Below are positions 49,709-57,901 of a stretch of DNA of 64,000 bases, piece by piece. How positions within the stretch are numbered: position 1 is the first letter of the stretch; every line of letters begins with the position of its first letter. This DNA is from Candidatus Omnitrophota bacterium. GTDB taxonomy: Bacteria > Omnitrophota > Gorgyraeia > Gygaellales > UBA12090. The notes beneath the pieces were generated by a model. It did no database searches. It worked only from the letters and a program-made list of their open reading frames with translations, and was not told the origin of the DNA. The position numbers and the translations under genes were made by a program. The stretch is from contig JAUSCZ010000017.1 of assembly GCA_030674475.1 (NCBI GenBank), positions 110,755 to 174,754 of the forward strand. Reading direction: 5' to 3'.

Positions 49709-50001
49709 ATAACTCCTATCTTAATGCCTTCCGGAAGCTGTTTTTGAAATCTTTCTTTGAATTCTTCGGGTTTCATATATTCACTCAAGGCGATTTTCGC
49801 CTCTTCATTTTCACTGGTCAGGCCCAATTTTAAGGCCCGCTTAATCACAATCTTAGGGTGTTTGCTGAAACCTTCGGAGACCGCGAAAGGAAGGTCCGCC
49901 CGGCGCAAGGCCCGGCCAAAAAGCCGGATCAGGTCAAGATGGGATATAAATCTGCTTAGACCTAATTTGGTAAAAGTAAATTCTGCTTGATAGATCATCA
50001 A
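49705..50001 (-). CDS. DUF2344 / TIGR03936-like radical SAM-associated protein (short form)
   Basis: FTKLGLSRFISHLDL..RALRRADLP..SEGF..HPK..LPEG. Confidence 0.8.
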   Translation of the reverse strand: MMIYQAEFTFTKLGLSRFISHLDLIRLFGRALRRADLPFAVSEGFSKHPKIVIKRALKLGLTSENEEAKIALSEYMKPEEFKERFQKQLPEGIKIGVI

Positions 50002-50089
50002 ACTAACCTTCCAGCGAGCCTGCGAGGTTCGTATGGTTCAAATTTAACTAAGGTAGCTTCTTAGGATTTTATTACGGCAAGATACTAGA

Positions 50090-50250
50090 TAGTTAACGCT
50101 GAAAAACCCGTCATTCAGACTGTATCACAATAGTAAAATGCGTGTCATTGCGAACCTCGAAGGGGTGAAGCAATCCCGTTTTTTGAGATTGCCGCGTCGC
50201 CTAACGGCTCCTCGCAATGACACAAAAATGGGGGTTTTCAGTATAAACTA
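50090..50250. repeat. MITE-like element with a nested GTCATTGCGA..TCGCAATGAC palindrome
   Basis: Outer TAGTTAACGCTGAAAAACCC / GGGGTTTTCAGTATAAACTA; inner element at 50142-50223. Confidence 0.7.
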
Positions 50251-50260
50251 AATAGGCGGA

Positions 50261-51910
50261 TTATTTCTTAGTCTTTTTCTTCTTTTTTGGTTCAAACGTA
50301 TTCAGTCTTTCCTCTAAAGTCGCGATATAGGCGTCGCTAAATTCTTCCTCCCTTATAACCCGCGCGGTAATAAATATTAAAAGGTCTATCTTTTCAGTAT
50401 CATTGGTCTCGCGTTGAAAAAGCAGTCCCAATAAAGGAATCTTTCCTAAAAACGGGACTCCTATCTTGCTTTTGGTCTTGACATCTTTAAGCAGTCCGCC
50501 GATGACTACAGTTTCCCCGTCTTTAAGGAGTATCTGGGTTTCCACCTCGCGGGTATTTATAATCGGATACTTAGATAACACAACCCCGGACTCTGTCTTG
50601 GACTCCACATTCTCATTGGAAGAAGTTACCGCGGGATGGATTATCATATTAATGTAATCCTTATCACATATCTGGGGCACCACATTAAGCTGGATTCCGA
50701 TATCCTGATACCTATCCAGGGTTGAGCCGGTAACCTGGTTGGTTTGAGTCGAAATACTGGTAGTGATTAAGGGGAATTTTTGCCCAACTAAAATCGTTGC
50801 CTCCTGGTTATTCAGGGTCATAATCCGGGGAGCGGACAAAATATTAGTGTCCACGTCTTCCTCCAGGGCGTGCAGAATTATCTCAAGCTGGGACCCGGTC
50901 AATTTTCTATAAGCCAGTTTTAAGCCGGTATTTGCTGAGGTAAGGCTGGTCTTAGGAGTAAAAGTTGTCGGAGTAACTAAGTCGCTTAACACATGCCCGC
51001 CGATCCGGCTGTTATCAAATCCACCAGCGTTTTTTCCCACGGGGACATAACTAAGCGTCGAGCTGGAGGCCCCGCTTGAACCGGTTCCCCAATCAATGCC
51101 GAGATCCCTGAGGTGATCCTTATTAGCCTCAATAATCTTGGCCTCAATCAATACCTGCTGAGGCTTGACGTCTATAGCAACTATCATCTTCTTTATTTTA
51201 TCTATGACCGGAGGCACATCGGTAATAATAACCGTCTTGGAGAGGGAAATTCTGTCATCCTTAGACCTTTTCCTCTTTCCGGTATCATCTGTCTTGCCAA
51301 ACGCCCATCCGGCCTGTCCGGTAGTCTCCAGAACCGTAATCTGGCCCCGGGAGGAAAGCTGAGGCTCAATCGCGTTTTTGGCATCCTGGGCATCGATGTA
51401 TTTAAGGGTAAATACCTCGGTCGCCGTAGGCTGAACCTGGTTGAGCTCCACCTCCTGTTTTTTCTGTTCGGTCAATTTCTCCAATGGCGCGACCATAATA
51501 ATATTTTCCCTCTGCTCATACCCATAGCTGTAAGCACTGATAATTGTCTTCAGAGCGTCTTTCCAGGAAACATCAACTAAGCGGATAGTTACTGTCCCGG
51601 TTACCTCGGGACTAGTAACTATATTTACTCCGGCTTTTAAGGCAATCACCTTGAGCACATTGTGGATATCCGCGTCTTTAAAATCAATGGTAATTTTGCC
51701 GGGAAGAAGCTCTTCTTTTACCGGAACAACTGTAGATTGAGCAATGGCGGGGATAGTATTCTCTGAATTGGGGCTTGCTGGCGCAACCTGCGCCGCTAAA
51801 GGCTCCTGCGCGTCCACAAAACCGATTAAGCGCGCCAAAAACGCCGCGCCTAAAGCGAGCATAACGACTAACACTCTTTTCACCACTATTATACCGCGCT
51901 CCTTCATCAA
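50261..51910 (-). CDS. pilQ: Type IV pilus secretin
   Basis: ITIDFKDADI, QVLIEAKI, LSAPRI..NNQEA, GETVVIGGL..KIPLLGLLF. Confidence 0.9.
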   Translation of the reverse strand: MMKERGIIVVKRVLVVMLALGAAFLARLIGFVDAQEPLAAQVAPASPNSENTIPAIAQSTVVPVKEELLPGKITIDFKDADIHNVLKVIALKAGVNIVTSPEVTGTVTIRLVDVSWKDALKTIISAYSYGYEQRENIIMVAPLEKLTEQKKQEVELNQVQPTATEVFTLKYIDAQDAKNAIEPQLSSRGQITVLETTGQAGWAFGKTDDTGKRKRSKDDRISLSKTVIITDVPPVIDKIKKMIVAIDVKPQQVLIEAKIIEANKDHLRDLGIDWGTGSSGASSSTLSYVPVGKNAGGFDNSRIGGHVLSDLVTPTTFTPKTSLTSANTGLKLAYRKLTGSQLEIILHALEEDVDTNILSAPRIMTLNNQEATILVGQKFPLITTSISTQTNQVTGSTLDRYQDIGIQLNVVPQICDKDYINMIIHPAVTSSNENVESKTESGVVLSKYPIINTREVETQILLKDGETVVIGGLLKDVKTKSKIGVPFLGKIPLLGLLFQRETNDTEKIDLLIFITARVIREEEFSDAYIATLEERLNTFEPKKKKKTKK

Positions 51911-52311
51911 TCCTCCTTTTTTAATTCAATCTCAAGCTTTTCACTACCCTTTAGAAATATGACCTTTTCCGGATGTATTTCTAAAACTTGATAACCGCCG
52001 CTAGTATCCCCAACCTTTATAACCTCTCCGCTAACCACAGCGTAAGATGAACCGCCAGCCTCATAGATAATTCCTTCTATCTGAGGCCTTCCTTCACTGC
52101 CCTTAACAATTTGCGGCTCTAAGACCCGGCCGTCAGGACTAACCAAAGGCAAGAATGGGTCTCTTCTATCTTGAGCCTCATACACAAAAACCTTGCGCTG
52201 TTCAGGCTCCGCCGCCAGACAAGCCTTGGGTAAAAATGTGGCCGCGTAAAGATATGTAATTATAGCAAAAAAACGCCTAAAAAAGAAGCACTTATTTTTA
52301 TCTGATAACAT
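51907..52311 (-). CDS. pilP: PilP-like pilus assembly protein
   Basis: RRDPFLPL motif and position between pilO and pilQ. Confidence 0.65.
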   Translation of the reverse strand: MLSDKNKCFFFRRFFAIITYLYAATFLPKACLAAEPEQRKVFVYEAQDRRDPFLPLVSPDGRVLEPQIVKGSEGRPQIEGIIYEAGGSSYAVVSGEVIKVGDTSGGYQVLEIHPEKVIFLKGSEKLEIELKKED

Positions 52312-52385
52312 AGGAAATTATATCTGATAAGATTCTTCGCATAGCTCAGAATCAAGTAAAATCTAATTGCCAGAGGCAGATTTTA
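52297..52385 (-). repeat. Second copy of the ~90-bp dispersed repeat
   Basis: Reverse complement of 5114-5202; spans from the pilO stop to the pilP-like start. Confidence 0.85.
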
Positions 52386-52958
52386 TTTGACATATACCCT
52401 CAAGGTAAGCGATGTCTTTTGTTTGGCGAGGTCCAAATTATCCCGAACTATCTTTAAACCCGAAACCGCGATTAAAGGATTCTCTTCCAGCCGACTCAAA
52501 AATTTTCCCAACTGATGATACCCCGAACTAAGTTCTGTCTTTAATTCTATAGGCTGAAGTTTAAATCCGGAAATTTCAGCTGATGGCTCCGTCTTATCCT
52601 TGCTGAGAGAGGCTTGAGATTGCGGATTAATCTGGAGAATCTTTACTCCGCAAAGATGCGCCTTTCGCGAAATATCATCCAAAAGTAAAGACATATTCGC
52701 GTCCCCGAAAACCATATTCTCCATAATCAGGCTTTTTTCCTTTATTGCCTCCAAATCATTTTGCAGGCCCTGCGTATCAGCTCCATATCCTTTATACTCA
52801 GCCAAGTCCTTTTTCGCGGTTTTAAGTTTGGCGGAAATACTTTTAAGGCTTTTAGTTTGAGAACCCAGGATAAAAACGCAATCTATATACAAAAATAACG
52901 CTATGCCGAGGGCAATCAAAATATTCTTTTTCAGCTTCGGGCTTAATTCTTTAGGCAT
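52383..52958 (-). CDS. pilO: Type IV pilus assembly protein PilO
   Basis: N-terminal TM, coiled coil, GYHQLGKFLSRLE. Confidence 0.85.
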   Translation of the reverse strand: MPKELSPKLKKNILIALGIALFLYIDCVFILGSQTKSLKSISAKLKTAKKDLAEYKGYGADTQGLQNDLEAIKEKSLIMENMVFGDANMSLLLDDISRKAHLCGVKILQINPQSQASLSKDKTEPSAEISGFKLQPIELKTELSSGYHQLGKFLSRLEENPLIAVSGLKIVRDNLDLAKQKTSLTLRVYVK

Positions 52959-52960
52959 AG

Positions 52961-53581
52961 CTATTTTGATTTCTTTTTTTTGTTGGTCTCTTTTTTCTTG
53001 ACCGGGGGATCAACCTTGGGTTTTTTTGAATTTATATTCCACTCGGCTATTTCCGTGGGCCCGAGTTTTTTTCTCTGAACCGAACCCAGCTCTAAACTGC
53101 TAAAGGCCCGGGCCGAGTCCTTATTGGATTTAAGGACATTCAGGAATTGGCCGATTTGAGTCATCTCTGATGAAGAAACGGAAAAACATTTTCCTTTTAT
53201 TTCCCAATTCTCTCCGGAAAAAAGAACTTCATCCAGCCATACGCCTTGCGGCAGACCGTCGCTTACCGCGTTTAATTTGGGAGCGATACTAAGCCGAGAT
53301 GAATACATACCGGAAAATAACTTCTCCAGCGCTTTATGCTTGGCGCTCTCTTCTCTTATCCGGTCAATCTGCTTTCTTTGGGGGGCAATATTGTCCAAGG
53401 CTTTGCTAGCCTGTTTTAGCCTTAGGCTCTTGGCAAGGACAAGCGCGGGAATAAGTATGTTAGGCAGAATAACTACAGAAATACCTAAGGCAACTATTTT
53501 CTTTAGAAACCCCTGGGGAAGATTGAACGCGGTTTTTTGGCCGCGGCGTAATTCTTTGGGTAGAAGATTTATCTCAATCAT
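52961..53581 (-). CDS. pilN: Type IV pilus assembly protein PilN
   Basis: MIEINLLP motif, TM, LPQGVWL. Confidence 0.88.
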   Translation of the reverse strand: MIEINLLPKELRRGQKTAFNLPQGFLKKIVALGISVVILPNILIPALVLAKSLRLKQASKALDNIAPQRKQIDRIREESAKHKALEKLFSGMYSSRLSIAPKLNAVSDGLPQGVWLDEVLFSGENWEIKGKCFSVSSSEMTQIGQFLNVLKSNKDSARAFSSLELGSVQRKKLGPTEIAEWNINSKKPKVDPPVKKKETNKKKKSK

Positions 53582-54510
53582 CTTAACGCGAGGCCTAAAG
53601 CTACGGTAAAAATATTTTTCTTAGGTTTAAATTCTTCTAAATTCAGATTCTGATCAACCGCTACTCCGGAAAGGATATCAAAACTATCCACCGGTAAATT
53701 CAACTGATGACTCAAAAAATTCAACGTATCCTGAGAATAACTTCCCCCCCCGCTTAACAATAACTTCTCCACCGGCCTGCCATTTTGATTTTCATAATAA
53801 TCAATAGAAGTGGTGATTTCAGCAGACAGGCCGGCCAGGGCCGAGCCCTTCACCCCAAAGGAAATATCCCGGCTAAACCTCAAGGCTCCGCTGTCAATAA
53901 TCGCCATATTAGTAGTCTGGGCCCCGATATTAAGCAAGGCTATGGTTTTTTCTTTGACTGAAGCATCCGAGACGCGATAGCTTTTAGCAAAGATGTTAGC
54001 CAGGCAAAAACAATCTACATCAATAATTTTAGGGACAAATCCGGCCTTCTCTAATAAGCCCAGACGCTCCTGAAGGATTACTTTCTTGATTGCCGCCAAG
54101 ACAATCAGCATCTTGCTATTTTCAAAATTATCTTTTATTATGGCGCAGTCTAAAACCACTTCCTCCAAAGGAAAAGGAATATATTCTTTGGCCTCAAATT
54201 GCATCGCGTTTTTAAGCTCATTCATAGTCATCCTGGGCCAGCTAAGATAACGCGTTACCACCGACTGTCCGGAAACCGAAATATTAACCTGGCGTCCGGC
54301 TAATTTCTGGGATTTTAAAAAATCGCTGAGTGAGTTTCCCAAATCCGCGCCCGGGGTCAGCTCCACATAAGAAAATCTCTTGAGAATCTTTTCTTTGCCT
54401 TTTTTTTCCAACTCAATCAACTTAAGGCTGGAACTTCCGATGTCTAAGCCGATGGAAGGCTCCTGTTTAAGCAAAAAATCGGGGATTTTAATTTTCTTTA
54501 AGAAATCCAT
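53578..54510 (-). CDS. pilM: Type IV pilus assembly protein PilM
   Basis: GLDIGSSSLK, YIPFPLEE, LSGGG, VALGLALR. Confidence 0.9.
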   Translation of the reverse strand: MDFLKKIKIPDFLLKQEPSIGLDIGSSSLKLIELEKKGKEKILKRFSYVELTPGADLGNSLSDFLKSQKLAGRQVNISVSGQSVVTRYLSWPRMTMNELKNAMQFEAKEYIPFPLEEVVLDCAIIKDNFENSKMLIVLAAIKKVILQERLGLLEKAGFVPKIIDVDCFCLANIFAKSYRVSDASVKEKTIALLNIGAQTTNMAIIDSGALRFSRDISFGVKGSALAGLSAEITTSIDYYENQNGRPVEKLLLSGGGSYSQDTLNFLSHQLNLPVDSFDILSGVAVDQNLNLEEFKPKKNIFTVALGLALR

Positions 54511-54517
54511 TTCATAA

Positions 54518-54554
54518 AATTATACGCTGATTGCCGCTTTAACGCAAGGATTTT
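54518..54554 (-). promoter_or_regulatory. Putative pilM promoter
   Basis: TTGCGT-17bp-TATAAT; flanking motifs shared with 56920-56956. Confidence 0.6.
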
Positions 54555-54568
54555 CATAAGTAATCTCG

Positions 54569-54784
54569 GGATAGCGGCATAAATGCCGCCGCTACCTATG
54601 CCTGTAGCGGTGCGATTTATCGCACCCTTAAGCCGCTTAGGCAAGCTGTATAAATTTACAGTTCGGATAGGCTGGACATTCTTGTCGTGCCACCGGGGCG
54701 GGGTTACCTGCCTTGCCGACAGGCAGGGAAAACCCAGTCTATCCGGCTTTCAATATAGGGGCAGGTTCTGAACCTGCCCCTACT
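54569..54784. repeat. Mosaic cluster of REP-like hairpins
   Basis: GTAGCGGCGGCATTTATGCCGC (minus), GTAGCGGTGCGATTTATCGCACC, a GATAG doublet with a 21-bp insert at 54707-54727, and GTAGGGGCAGGTTCAGAACCTGCCCC (minus). Confidence 0.8.
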
Positions 54785-54801
54785 GAACGATTATTTTAGA
54801 A

Positions 54802-55818
54802 TTAATCAAGGCCATAGGGATTCTGGGTGTCATCCCAGGAGGTTATCTGCGGAGTGCCCACCAAATTCAGAGCCTCTATCGCGTCCATATAGGCCTGATT
54901 ATAGGTAACATTGGCGTTTCCGTTTAGCTCGGCTTCTTCTCCCGCCCAAACCCCGCCGTTTACGTTTAAATTTCCCGCTCCTCCGTTAACATCAAAGTCA
55001 CCGCGGGTGTAAATCACGCCTTCAATCGTCCCGACTCCATTAACGCTGGCTTCTTCCACGGCATCCGGATTAGTAAGCACATCACCAACCACCACAAAAA
55101 AACCTCCCACGGTTCCGATGTTTCCATTAAGGCTTAAGTCTCCCTCAATATACACAATATTAGGCACTCCGGCCGAATACCAAAAAGAACTGGGGAAGGC
55201 TTCACTTCCGGTTGCCTGGTTAACCAGTTTAGGGCCGTCTTCCACATACACATTATTCTGGGCACTGCTTAAATCGCGCAGCTCCTGAAAATCAAAACGA
55301 GCCAAAGGGGTTATTGAAGAATCTTCGGTTACTGTTCCGGTTATATGATTTTGCGAATACTCAAGCTCATCTCCATAAATCACATTTCCGTTAACCGTAT
55401 AGGAGTTTCCATTTAAATCCACCTCTCCTGCCGAGTAGATGGCGTTATCGTAAAAATTAGCAGGGATGTCTTTGGATATTTCTACCTGAATCGCCCGGCT
55501 GGAGCGCGGAGCGCCGCCGGAAGGAACCTCGCCGGTTGAGACCACAATTTTATCCGAGCCACTAGTGCTTATCTGCGCGGAGAACTCCCCGGCTCCGAGT
55601 TCAGTGGCGCTGACCGAGGTAGCGTCATAATCATTTCTTAGCGCGTATAATGCCTGGTTTACGCCGGCCTCAGCCAGCCAAAAAGCCTGGGTAGACTCAA
55701 CATACTGCTGGGCCAAAGAGCGTTCAGAAACGCTTTTATTAAATATGGCCACACCCAAAATGGTTAATACCACTATAACCAAAAAGATATAGATTAAAAC
55801 CGCTCCTTTTTTATCCAT
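54802..55818 (-). CDS. PilX-like minor pilin
   Basis: KKG|AVLIYI hydrophobic N-terminus lacking E5, AFWLAEAG motif. Confidence 0.8.
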   Translation of the reverse strand: MDKKGAVLIYIFLVIVVLTILGVAIFNKSVSERSLAQQYVESTQAFWLAEAGVNQALYALRNDYDATSVSATELGAGEFSAQISTSGSDKIVVSTGEVPSGGAPRSSRAIQVEISKDIPANFYDNAIYSAGEVDLNGNSYTVNGNVIYGDELEYSQNHITGTVTEDSSITPLARFDFQELRDLSSAQNNVYVEDGPKLVNQATGSEAFPSSFWYSAGVPNIVYIEGDLSLNGNIGTVGGFFVVVGDVLTNPDAVEEASVNGVGTIEGVIYTRGDFDVNGGAGNLNVNGGVWAGEEAELNGNANVTYNQAYMDAIEALNLVGTPQITSWDDTQNPYGLD

Positions 55819-56365
55819 TTCTTAACCTCACCTGTTCTTTGAGGGAAAAATTCAAATCCGCGCCGTAAACCGATTTTCCCAAATCCAACTGAATAATAAG
55901 GACATCACCGCTCAGAGAAAAATTAACCGTTTCCACATCCCCGGACAATATCTTTTCAGTTCCCGCGGGATATTCCCGGATAAGTTGATTACTTTCTAGA
56001 TAATAACTAATCGTTCCCCCTGCCTCAACTGTGGTAAAGTCTAATTGCGCGCTATTGCCGCCGTCAGCAGGCTGGGTAATGCCCGCGGAACTGCTCTCCC
56101 TGACTTCCCGAATCATTCCATCCATAGCCAGGCGCGCCTGCTGTTGAAGCTCAACCTTACCCACATCCGAATGCCAAGCCTTTTGTCCGATGGTAAGCAC
56201 TGATAAAATAGCCATCGCCAATATGCTGAAGATCAAAACGCTGACCATAGTCTCGGCAAAGGTAAACCCCGTTAGAGATAGGTCGCCTTTAGGCGACCGT
56301 CTATAGCTACCCGTTATCTCTAACGGGGTAAAACCTTTATTCGTGATTTGTATTTTAGGCATCAA
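55811..56365 (-). CDS. PilW-like minor pilin with one 22-aa insertion in the leader
   Basis: G|FTFAE plus hydrophobic helix, QQARLAMDGMIREVR. Confidence 0.82.
   Translation of the reverse strand: MMPKIQITNKGFTPLEITGSYRRSPKGDLSLTGFTFAETMVSVLIFSILAMAILSVLTIGQKAWHSDVGKVELQQQARLAMDGMIREVRESSSAGITQPADGGNSAQLDFTTVEAGGTISYYLESNQLIREYPAGTEKILSGDVETVNFSLSGDVLIIQLDLGKSVYGADLNFSLKEQVRLRNG
56266..56329. mobile_element. Prepilin-site palindromic micro-element, copy 1
   Basis: Perfect 15-bp inverted ends ACCCCGTTAGAGATA / TATCTCTAACGGGGT; 64+2 bp = 22 codons. Confidence 0.75.
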
Positions 56366-56912
56366 TATCGGTAAAAAGACTGGTTAAGCTTATAGTTTGG
56401 GCTCCCCCTAAGCGGTCCTGCCAGGAAACAGTTACTAAGACCCCCGCGGGATCCCCGGAAGCAGAAACTGTTGTTTCAATAGCCTCACTCTTTAAGACCG
56501 GCAGATTTTCGTTTTCTATTTCTGTCTCATCCCAATTCCAATTCCCGGCATTAATATTAGTCTCAATAGCATCAAAATTCGTATTTTTTATCTCCTCCAG
56601 CACAAACTGGGCCTGAGCTATGGCTGTAGCGCGATTACGGCTGGATTCATTCAAAAGCATACAACTGATAAAAAGAGACAGCAGTCCGGCTAAAGCGAAT
56701 ACCAAGATCGCCGCGGCCAAAATAACCTCAGCCAGGGTAAACCCCGTTAAAGACATCCTATCGCTTGCTAATTTCACTATAGTCTTTAATGGGGTAAACC
56801 CCGTTAGAGATAGGTTGCTAAAGGCAACCGTCGGACACCTTCGGTGTCCTATCTCTAACGGGGTGAACCCCTTGTTATTCAGCAAGTTACGCAAATTAAG
56901 CCTCTTATTCAT
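56355..56912 (-). CDS. PilV-like minor pilin with two tandem insertions in the leader
   Basis: G|FTLAE plus hydrophobic helix, AQFVLEEIK, VTVSWQD. Confidence 0.82.
   Translation of the reverse strand: MNKRLNLRNLLNNKGFTPLEIGHRRCPTVAFSNLSLTGFTPLKTIVKLASDRMSLTGFTLAEVILAAAILVFALAGLLSLFISCMLLNESSRNRATAIAQAQFVLEEIKNTNFDAIETNINAGNWNWDETEIENENLPVLKSEAIETTVSASGDPAGVLVTVSWQDRLGGAQTISLTSLFTDIDA
56741..56864. mobile_element. Prepilin-site palindromic micro-elements, copies 2 (56741-56795) and 3 (56798-56864) in tandem
   Basis: ACCCCGTTAAAGAC/GTCTTTAATGGGGT (55+2 bp = 19 codons) and ACCCCGTTAGAGATAGG/CCTATCTCTAACGGGGT (67+2 bp = 23 codons). Confidence 0.75.
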
Positions 56913-56919
56913 AGTATAT

Positions 56920-56956
56920 AATTATACGCTGAACACTCCATTCCGGCAAGGATTTT
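56920..56956 (-). promoter_or_regulatory. Putative minor-pilin operon promoter
   Basis: TTGCCG-17bp-TATAAT, 8 nt before the ATG. Confidence 0.6.
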
Positions 56957-56988
56957 TAAACAAATGGGGGAGCTTGCGCCCCCCCACC
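56957..56988 (-). terminator. Probable intrinsic terminator after the major pilin
   Basis: G-rich/C-rich stem around CGCAAG followed by ATTTGTTT on the minus strand. Confidence 0.5.
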
Positions 56989-57027
56989 TACACTGCTCTG
57001 CTATTGACAAAAAAAATCAAATCAACT

Positions 57028-57456
57028 CTAGGCACAATCAGCAGCGGTACAGATTTCAATCGCACCACCGGTGTTTACCTCATAACCATCATCTCCAGTA
57101 GTTGGCCTACTAACAGGATTTGCCAGAAGCTGGTAACCGGTCGCGGCGAATGTACAAGTAAAAGTATAACCACTGATATCATTACCGCAGAGTCTTGTTC
57201 CGGTAACGCTGCCCAGGGTATCTGCATCGCCTGTAGCAGCCACATCAACTGGGTACAATCCACCAGCTCCTTGCGCAGCAAAAGTCTCTGCCTCAGTAGC
57301 TATGGTTTTAAGATTTGCCTGGGCTGATGCCTGATTGGCTGCCCTTCTGGCATTAAGCAAACTGGGTATACCTACCGCGGCCAATAAGGCAATAATGGCC
57401 ACCACAATCATAATTTCGACTAAGGTAAAACCACTTCTTTTATTTTTGATAAACAT
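57028..57456 (-). CDS. pilA: Major type IV pilin (PilA-like)
   Basis: KRSG|FTLVEIMIVVAIIALLAAVGIP; strong RBS GGGAGG; C-terminal Cys residues; start at ATG 57456. Confidence 0.85.
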   Translation of the reverse strand: MFIKNKRSGFTLVEIMIVVAIIALLAAVGIPSLLNARRAANQASAQANLKTIATEAETFAAQGAGGLYPVDVAATGDADTLGSVTGTRLCGNDISGYTFTCTFAATGYQLLANPVSRPTTGDDGYEVNTGGAIEICTAADCA

Positions 57457-57633
57457 AGTAATCCTCCCTCTTTCTTGCGAAGCTCTCCGAAGTATGTTCA
57501 AAAAATGTGATTTTTTGACTTTGAAAATTCGGAGTATTTTTTTATATATAATAGATATAATAGATTGAACCCTTTGCTTCTTCTTTCCCTATCCTCCTTT
57601 CTGCCTTAAAGTAAGGCAATATATAACCATACT

Positions 57634-57662
57634 ATTATCAACCCTGCGAAAAACCTTGTCAA
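57634..57662 (-). promoter_or_regulatory. Putative proximal pilA promoter
   Basis: TTGACA-17bp-GATAAT. Confidence 0.55.
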
Positions 57663-57663
57663 G

Positions 57664-57736
57664 AGAAATTTTAGGGTGAAATTTTAGGGTGGGTTTAGAA
57701 CCCTATTTTAGGGGTGGGTTTAGAACCCACCCCTAC
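57664..57736 (-). repeat. GTAG REP hairpin with partial tandem duplications
   Basis: GTAGGGGTGGGTTCTAAACCCACCCC followed by repeated CACCCTAAAATTT. Confidence 0.7.
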
Positions 57737-57743
57737 ATGGGAC

Positions 57744-57775
57744 AAATAAAAATGCCTATTGGCGCGCCAATAGGC
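57744..57775 (-). terminator. Intrinsic terminator (riboswitch expression platform)
   Basis: GCCTATTGGCGCGCCAATAGGC followed by ATTTTTATTT. Confidence 0.75.
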
Positions 57776-57794
57776 TCAGATGTTATTTATCACC

Positions 57795-57885
57795 CTTTGG
57801 CAACCCGGCTGTCCTTCGGCTTATTTTACGGTGAGGACCCTTGGCTTTGCGCCCCATCCTTACGGATGGTTTACTCTTATCAGTA
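57795..57885 (-). ncRNA. GEMM-I cyclic-dinucleotide riboswitch (c-di-GMP-I family, A20 variant)
   Basis: GUAAACCAUCC-GUAA-GGAUGGGGCGCAAAGCC..GGGUCC..GGACAGCCGGGUUGCC matches the GEMM-I P2/J/P3 consensus; promoter upstream and terminator downstream. Confidence 0.88.
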
Positions 57886-57901
57886 GTGTATCTTTAATCA
57901 A

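Noticed and set aside
56783-56810. CTCTAAC/GTTAGAG as an integron attC site
   Set aside because: The junction is only 28 bp, shorter than attC sites, lacks L boxes and extrahelical bases, and no integrase is in the window.
55811-57456. Pilin antigenic-variation cassettes, shufflon or DGR
   Set aside because: No silent pilin copies, invertase, reverse transcriptase or template/variable repeat pair; the repeats affect only the leaders.
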